Assembly (NCBI RefSeq): GCF_009914755.1
Contig: NC_060925.1
Length of the DNA: 64,000 nucleotides
Direction: 5' to 3' (one strand)
Source of the DNA: the human T2T-CHM13v2.0 reference genome, Homo sapiens
Shown one piece after another: positions 35,121 to 43,518 of this stretch; the first letter of the stretch is position 1, and each line of letters starts with the position of its first letter. The notes below the pieces were generated by a model, which was given only the letters and a program-made list of their open reading frames with translations, was not told where the DNA came from and did no database searches. A program made the translations under genes and the position numbers.

Positions 35121-35160
35121 TGCAAGCCAGACAGCCCCCCTGCAAGCCAGACAGCCCCCC
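35121..35160. repeat. Exact 20-bp tandem duplication
   Basis: TGCAAGCCAGACAGCCCCCC x2. Confidence 0.95.
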
Positions 35161-36049
35161 CGTCTCCATTCCTGTGCCTCCCAGGGGATCACTGGGCAAG
35201 GACTCAGTCTTCACTCTCTTCATCCCTGCCCTTGTCCCAGGAAGGATAGGGACACAATGGCCATTTGTCAATGGGAAATTATTTTGGTTTAATGACATTT
35301 AAACTGGGGCTTTGTATAGAATTTCTAATTACAAAAGCAGTGCAAGTTCAATGTAGCCCGTTTGGGGGAAGACGGAGAAAAGATTGAAATCCTGGTATTT
35401 CAGTGCCCACAGAGAAGCACTGTTGACATGTGGGTATATATTCTTTCAATATTTGAATATAGGTCAACAGATTTGCATTAAGAGTTCTGGATAATTAGAA
35501 AGCATTCAAGTGTTAGAAAAGGACGGCTGTCAGCAAGGTCCTCATGTTCAGCAGCGCATGTCCCGTCTGGTAAATGGTGCCGTCATTGTTCAGTACACAA
35601 CTTTCACAGACACACAGAGGAGCCCTGGCTCTCAGTGCTCACTTACAGTGGCCCTAACTTTTACTCCTCCCCAACATGCCAAGGAGAAGTGTCATACTCT
35701 TTGGGAACAGTGGCTTCTGCACAGGCATGATCGTGGAAAGGAGGGGAGGGATGAAGGACTGTGCAGTCCTCCAAGAGGGCAGATCAGAACGTCTGGAGAA
35801 AGAACATCAGTAATCTAGAAAAGCAAATCAAGATGATTTTAATAGGGAACTCCCCCCTTATAGTGATTCACTAATCTGTTCTTATAGAGGGAAATTGAGA
35901 CTCTGAGAGGAGAGAATTTACTCAGTCACACAATAAGTAGCCAGAGGTCAGGCAGAACTTGAGCGCAGGGCACTCCCTAACTTAGTCCAGTCCTGCAAGA
36001 ATGGAATCAGAAAGATGTGGGTTCAAATCTCAATTCTTTAACTTATTAG

Positions 36050-36373
<324 letters not shown>

Positions 36374-39324
36374 TAACCTCCGAGTCTGTTTCTTCACTTG
36401 TGAAATAAGGTTAATATCTTCCTCATTAGATTTAAATGAGAATTAAGGGGGGAAAAAAAGGCTTTTCTAACAAGTATTGAGTGCTAGATGCCAGGTACAG
36501 ATAATGCACTTCACACGCATTATCTTTTAATCCTCACAATAACCCCATAAGGGAGGAATACAATTTTTATATACACTTTACAGGTGAGGAAACTGAGGCT
36601 CAAAGAGCTGTAGCCACTTGCCCGACATCATGTAGCTAGTTGGGCTGAGATTTGAAAGGAGGCCTGTGAGTCTCAGAACAATACTATCCTAACACATAGG
36701 TAAGTCTTAGCACAGTGCTTGCAAAATACAAACGCTAACTAAACAGCAGCCCTCATTATTTACTGTCATTATTGTGGATATAATTATTATGTTACAAGTA
36801 ATTGGCTGGTCTCTGTTTATGTTTTTTTAAACTTTGTTTTTTTTTTTTTTTTTGGAATAGCTGTTCTGTTTTAAATCTCCTCTGCAGAGGAACCAAGAGC
36901 TGTGCTGATCCATGAAGGGGAAGTAGGTGCCAGCCTTGCTCAGCCCCACAGGAGCAGGAAGGGGGCAGCAGCAAAGCACGGGGAGTGTCTCTTTAAAGGC
37001 CTGGCATCTCTGGGTTGTTGGGATGAAGGCCTAGAAAGCACTTGTACCTCCTGCCTGGGAGGTATAATTCCTACTGAGGGGCCTGGTGACCTTGCAAACT
37101 GGCTCATGGCGTTCCTGCCTACCTAGCCCAGACCACCGGTCCTTCTATCCCATCCGGGACACTTCTGTAGCCTTCCTGTGTGTGGAGACGTAGAAACCCT
37201 CTGCCCTGTGATTTGGGTCTCTGCTGATCTCTGAAGATGGGTGCGGGTGATGAAAGAGGCAAAACCTAGAGGCAGAGGGAGAGGACCCATTTTTAAAACC
37301 CCAGCGAGCACAGACACGCCACCTGGAATCCCAGCCTCCCCTGAGCCCAGTCAGCATGAGTCACCCCACAGCCCTTCACCTGTGGGTTGCAACACGGTTG
37401 ACAGAAACTCCACAGCCTTCCATGAGGTGGGCAGACAGGTACATACAGAGGAGTGTGCCATCCTTTGGACTGCAATAAGCTTTGCAGTTACAGTTGGCAC
37501 CAAATAGCCCTTCAGCCACCAATAAGCTCTGTGAAGTGGTTGGGCACCCAGGCTCTGCTCTCGGATTAAATCCCAGCTCTAGCTCTACCACTGCCTAGCT
37601 CTGCAGCTTGAGTAGTTTACTTCAGTATTCTGTACCTCAGTTTCCTCATCTATAAAATGGGGGTATCAAAAATGTCTATCTCCCAGGGTTGCTGTAAGGA
37701 TTAGGCGACACAATGTATGCAAAGGCGCACAATGCCCGGTGCCTGTGGTATATGAAGCACCTACTAGGTGCCAGACACTGGAGATTCCACAGTGAGCGAC
37801 ACAAAGTCTTTGCTCTTATGGAATTTACATTCCAGAGGAAGGGGAGAAAGACAATAAACGATTAGAAAAATATCATAGGTCATATTACATTGTATCATAA
37901 GTCATAAGGGCTCTGCAGAGAACAAAAAGTAGTGTGATCCAGAGTGATTGAATGTCTACTTTATTAACAAGGGTGACTGAAGAGGGCTGCTCTGAGGAGG
38001 TGGCTTTATTAGCAATTATTTACTATTATTTATTAGGGTCCCCTGGGCTTCCCCCAACACAGCCTCCAGGGAGAAACCAATCTCTGAGAGTTCTCAAACC
38101 CAGTACCCCCTTTCCAGAGCCCTGACCCCACCCCAAGAGGGCTCCTTTGAATTCTGACTTTACCCTGAAAAACCTCCATAAATTGGCAGGGGTAGCTGAA
38201 ACCTCACTTGCCGTTCCCAGAGAAGAGAGAGAGGAGTGGGCCAAGTTGAGGTTTCCAGGAAGACACAGCAAAGAGATAATTTGCCAAAAGGGGAAGGGTG
38301 GGGGAGGGGAGAATAGAAAGAGAGAGAGGGAAAAAAAGATGCCAAGATCTCTGGCTTAGATTTAATTTCAAACTAATCCTGGAAGAAGCTCTTTAAAAAG
38401 CTCTTACATTCTCCTGTTTGTGTTTGTGGATATTCTGGGGTTTACCAAGCTTGTTCTTTATAGTAGACAGCTCACAGCAATTACTCCACAATTACTTCAT
38501 CTGACAGGCATTGAATTTCTCCCAAGTTCCCAATACAGAACGAAGCACTTGGAGCCTGTGAAATGACCAGCTGGCTGAGGCTTCAGAGGAGCCTTCAACT
38601 TTTCTATCCCTTCTGTGCTGACCAGAGGTATGTGGCTTGCCCACACCCCCTTCACACCCAATAAAAGCCTGTTCTCCTTTACTCCCCCACCCCCTGCCAC
38701 CAACACACACCCCCCAGATTGTAAACTCCTTTAGAACAGTAACCCCTGTTTTTTCTGGCCTCAGTTTCTCCAGAACCCAGAGTAGGGTCTGGCACACAAC
38801 GGGTGCTCAATGAATGTCTACTGAATTGAGGCCACTGACTTCAGCCCAAGGGGCAGCCAGACTTGGAGTGAGATGACTGCAGATTGGATCTGGGCTGGGA
38901 CCTCGCTAGCTGTGCCCTTGGGCAAGGCACTTTGCCTCTCTGGCCTCCATTTCCTCCCTCATCTGTAAAATGTGTGTTGAAGAGGAAGGGGGAAGCGATA
39001 ATAAATCTACCACGGTAGGTTACTTTAAGAACCAAAAGAAGTCACTTGAGTAACTGCAAAAGATTATTCAAAAATATTACCTTAAAGGGGAAACTGAAAA
39101 AAAGGGAACTTATACAAAGATCTACCTGGGAAAAGTTGCTCTCTCCTTTGAGAATTCCCCAGTGGTACAGAAGGAGGGGGCAAAGAAATTTGGGGGTGGG
39201 GATGTTTCTGGGTATCTGGGACAATGACTAGAAACAGGAATCAAGTTTTCCTTTAAGCCAAGTTATCTGTTTGTCCCTGTACTTTTCCTCTAGTTATCTT
39301 GCTTCTTTCCAACATTTTCTTCTC

Positions 39325-39657
39325 CATCCCTCCTCCCTCATCTCCACCCCCCACCCCCTCACCAAGGAAGGAATTGGCCAGCTCCACCCAGCCAGTCCCC
39401 CATAGCTCCGCCCTCCTCGGCGGGCTAAGAGTTAACAGCTGCACCTGTTGAGGTATACCTCCAGTCGCCGGCACCTGTACCTGTAGCCAATCAGCGCCAG
39501 CGCTGCTGGGAACCTACCTGTCAGCAAAATCTCGACACCCAAACCTCAACATAAATCAAACACTTTCCCGGGCAGAGAATGTCTGTGTCAGGCAAGAATT
39601 AGAGACAAGCGGTCAGCAGAGCCTCAGTGCTGATCGTCGGAGCTTGGGAGCAGGAAG
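39325..39657 (+). promoter_or_regulatory. GRHL3: GRHL3 exon 1A promoter and 5' UTR
   Basis: CACCC runs near 39345, inverted CCAAT 39373-39377, GC box CTCCGCCC 39406-39413, E-boxes 39436-39447 and 39472-39477, CCAAT 39487-39491 and TATA-like CATAAAT 39550-39556, all directly upstream of the ATG. The exact TSS cannot be read from sequence. Confidence 0.85.
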
Positions 39658-39674
39658 ATGTCGAATGAACTTGA
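39658..39674 (+). CDS. GRHL3: GRHL3 exon 1A, coding part (MSNEL-D)
   Basis: AAG ATG TCG AAT GAA CTT GA|GTGAGT; phase 2 joins exon 2 (T TTC AGG) to give D-F-R. Confidence 0.97.
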
Positions 39675-41814
39675 GTGAGTAAACATCGGTGGATACCTGC
39701 CGCTCTCAGAGCGTGGAGGCTGGATGGGGTTTCCTGGAGGGGGAAGAGCGGGGAGGCCGGCACCGGGATTCACAGAGCAATTTGTAAGGGTAAATGAATG
39801 GGCTGACGATCTTACTTTGGCGTGTCAAGGCAAGCCCCAGTCTCAAGCTAGAGGTGAGTGTTTCCCTGGGAAAATAGTTTTTCTCATTCTCTTTGCTGAG
39901 CAGTTTCGAGCCAGGCAGGGAAACACAAGACTGAAACTGTGAAGGTTTCTGGCACCACTTTTTGATCCTCTGAAGGGGCCTTGGAAATCAGACGACCCCA
40001 ATCCCATCGAGGCTTTCTATCTTCTTGCCAAAAGGAACTTCTTTAAGGTAGTTCTAAGAGCTGTCTTAGGCAGAGAGTTGGGTTTCTCTAAAGGGACTTG
40101 TTTGCTGGGTTGGAACAGTCCCAAGTGGGAAGGTTACAGTGTGGTGGTTAAGCATGTGTACTCTTTGTAGTGGGCTTGACCTAAGTTCAAATCCAGGCTC
40201 TGTCCCTGGGTGATCTCAGACAAGACATTCAATTTTTCTGGGCTTCATTTTCCTCATCTGGAAAATGGGTACAAGAATGCTTTGTAGAATTCTGGAAAGA
40301 GTTAAGTGTGATAAATGCTGTAAAATGCTTAGCATAAAGCTATGGTCTGAAGATGCGTTCAGTAAAATGTGGTTCCTCTCATTCAGAGGCAGTTCTAAGG
40401 CTGGGGAAGATGAGAAGTGATTTTTGGTAGGTCACCTCTTTTGGCTGGGAGGATGCATGTGCCTTCCTGCCCACATCTGAGATTTAAGATCCTGACTGAC
40501 TGATGCTGATCTTCACCATGATGTCCTTCTTGGGGTCCAGACCTTAGAGAAGGTAGGGTGAGGCTGGGATCTGGGCTGCTTTAGATTGGGTTCAGGGAGC
40601 TGGCAGGAGAAGCCAGAATCCTTTAAACACAGGCTCTCCTTTTCCTGCCACCCTCAGAGGTGAGTGGGCAGAGGCAAGGATTGTACCATCTTTTTTCTAA
40701 CTGCTCCTCAACAGACTTTTAAGAACTTGAAGATCTGTGGGCAGACAGCAGTGCTAGGTCCTGACTGCAGACCGGATTCTATGTTCTAGCTAGCCCTTCA
40801 GCTCTTCATGTTCACAGCACAATCACTTGGGTTAACAGGCACATTTCTTTTGAATGAATTTCCCGGGGTTGACAATGTATTGACAATTGGACCGCAATGA
40901 GAATAAGAGCAGGAGCATTGGTACTGACACCTGGGTTCAAGTCCCAGCTCTAGCACTTATAGCTGTGTGATGTTGAGCAAGTCCCTTAATCCTCATCTGT
41001 AAATAGTGGCCAACAGTAGTATCCACCTCATGGGGTTGTTAGAGGATTTGACAATTTTAGAATAGTGATTGCTTTTAAGGCTGGTGGAGAACACACCAGT
41101 AACACCATTGTCATTTCATGTAGAACTAACCAATCAATGAGCATTCCCAAACCTCTTGCTATTTTTCCATACTTTGAACGCGCAAAAAAATCTTGACATG
41201 TGTCTCCATCCCACTTAAATTTGCTGGCTAAAACTGCGGAGGCTACAGACAGAATCTATTCATTACTGCACGTTAGGGGGTATGTGTTCTGAAGCTGGGT
41301 TACTTGAACAGAAAGGTTTCTTGCTTTTCTCCTCCCTAATGGTTTGGATTTGAAGTCAGATCCGCTGACAGTTGAGGCTTCTCAGTTTGGGGTGGGGTGA
41401 GGGAAGCCAGTTGCCTGCTGAGTAATTGCAGGCGGACTCCAAGCCACCATTTGAGATTACAGTGGCAGAGCCTGGGGGCTCAGCTGCCCCTACTGGTAAG
41501 GGGAGGGCACCCGGCGCTTGGCTTGCAAGTTCTGAGCTGCTGTTGCTTCTGCGGCCTCGACATTCTCCTAAAAAGTGCCAAGTTAAGAGGACTGGCCATA
41601 GCTTACAGCTTGGGCCCTCATGGAATGGCCAACTCTGGCCAGGCCTTGATATAGTGGCAAAAGTGGGACTTGCCTGTCACTCTAAATTCTGCCACTTACC
41701 AACAGCAGGATCCTGGTGAATTTGTTTGTCCTCCCTGACCCTCAGTCTGCTCATCTGTCTGTAACACCTACCTGGCAGGAACAACTGTGAGCTCCCAAAT
41801 GTGGACCAGAGCTC

Positions 41815-42835
41815 CATCCGCGCCCGCCCGGTGGCCAGGCCCCGGGTGTAAGGCGGCACTTCGAAGGCTGGTCTCTGAGAAGCATGGAGGCCCCGGCGGT
41901 GTAGTTAGAAACCAGCTGGAGGTGGCTGGCGGGTGCTGAGCGCCGGGCCTTTCATGTGGTCGCAGCGCTCTGGGTGCCTGGAGCCCGCAGCCCTGGGCAG
42001 CCCCGGGCTACCGCAGGGCGCAAGGGATCCTGGGCTGCGGCCGAGGGCGCCGGAAGTCGCCGCCGACCGCCTGGGTCTCGCAGGAAAACAGCCGGCGCCC
42101 GCGAGCTGCCCAGCGTCGGGTTTTCCTGAAGGTGCGTCGGGGCCCCCGGGGAGCTGGAGCCGCAGGCGACCTCCCCGGTGACCTGTTGTTCCCCTCTGGA
42201 GGGCCGGCCGGCGCTCCAGGCAGGCCCCGTTGACAGCCCAGGAAGGGAGAGTTTCGCCGCAAAGGGGCTTGGCACACAGTAGGTCTAAGGCACCGAGGCA
42301 GGAGCGTCCCCCGCGGCCTCGCTCCCTGCTCTCTGGGCCCCACCGCTGCCGCCTGGAGTCTCCCCTCAGCCTCGCAGAGACGCGACTCGGTTGGGGGAAG
42401 GGGACTAGAACCGTCGCAGTCCTGACCGCGGCCGCCGCCGCCGTTCTATCTGATCTCCAGGAGCGCCGGCTCCAGACTGCCTGGAGCGCTGAAAGAGTTA
42501 ATCAGGAACGCCTCCCCGCTGTGGTTTTGTGGTCGAAACCATGATTGCCAGGAGCAAATTTTTGTCGTGCACGAGGTGTGTTATTAAAAGTCGGAGCTAC
42601 GCTGCTGCTGAATGAAAAGTTAAAAGCCCTCTTTGAGTTCGGGCTGTAAAACTGGCGGACTGGGCCGAGAGGCTTGAGCCAACCCTAACGGCGGCGGCCC
42701 GGGCGGCGCGGGGGTCCTGCGGCTCCGCCAGCTGCTGGGAGCGGGCAGGCTGCGCAGTCCCAGCAGTGAGTGGCCGCAGCCAGGCGGTCGGCAGAGCTCC
42801 CACTGACCCACCGGAGGAGTGAAGAGGGAAAACGG
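41815..42835. promoter_or_regulatory. CpG island in intron 1, upstream of exon 1B
   Basis: About 1 kb of very GC- and CpG-rich sequence (e.g. GGCGGCGGCCCGGGCGGCGCGGGG) against a CpG-depleted background. Confidence 0.92.
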
Positions 42836-43191
42836 GGCTGAAACCCAGATGGGATCATCCAGCTTTCTCTTACGTTAGAACAAAAATGACAGCCAACATT
42901 TATGGAGCGCTGACTCCGCATCTGACATTGTGTCGAGTGCTTGATAAATACACGCTCTTCTTTAAACCCTCCCAACAAACTAATGCGGGATGGGAGTGTA
43001 AATGCAGTTTTGCCGAAGAGGGGACCCAGACCTGGTTCAGGCTTGCCCAAGGTCTCACGGAAGCACTGGGATCTTAACCGGGTCTTAGCCGAGCAGCCAT
43101 AGGCCACCCCGCTTCCTCTGTGCTTAGCCTCTGAAAAGAAGACAGAGGAGATGTGCCAAACTGTTAAGAGTGGTTATTTCTGAGCAGAAGA

Positions 43192-43223
43192 ATGTGGATG
43201 AATTCCATTCTTCCTATTTTTCT
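43192..43223 (+). CDS. GRHL3: GRHL3 alternative first exon 1B, coding part (MWMNSILPIF-L)
   Basis: ATG TGG ATG AAT TCC ATT CTT CCT ATT TTT CT|GTAGGT; same phase (2) as exon 1A, giving MWMNSILPIFLFRSVRLL, the alternative human N-terminus (SOM2-type isoform) as I recall it. Confidence 0.9.
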
Positions 43224-43330
43224 GTAGGTTCTACATGTTATATATTTGTTGTATTTTACAAACCTATGTTACCTTTGGAGTCGTTAAGGGGAAGAGAGGG
43301 AGTCATTATTTTGAAAGAGAACACCTAGAA

Positions 43331-43518
43331 CAGTGTTCTCAAACTGTGGTCCGTGGACCATCATCATCATCATCATCACCTGGGAACTAGTTAAAAATGC
43401 AAATTCTCAGCCCCACCCTAGACCTACTGAATCAGAAACTGGGGGTATGGCTCAGCGTTATGTGTTTTCACAGGCCCTCCAGGTGATTCTGATGCGTGTC
43501 CAAGTTGTAAAACTGTTG
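43331..43518. mobile_element. MER5A-like hAT-Charlie MITE with a (CAT)n expansion
   Basis: cagtgttctcaaa ... atcacctgggaactagttaaaaatgcaaattctcagccccacccta ... caggtgattctgatgc; 8-bp TSD acctagaa / gcctagaa. Confidence 0.88.

Noticed and set aside
41933-43107. Overlapping ORFs in the CpG island
   Set aside because: Stop codons are rare at high GC; the peptides are Pro/Ala/Gly/Arg-rich with no family signature.
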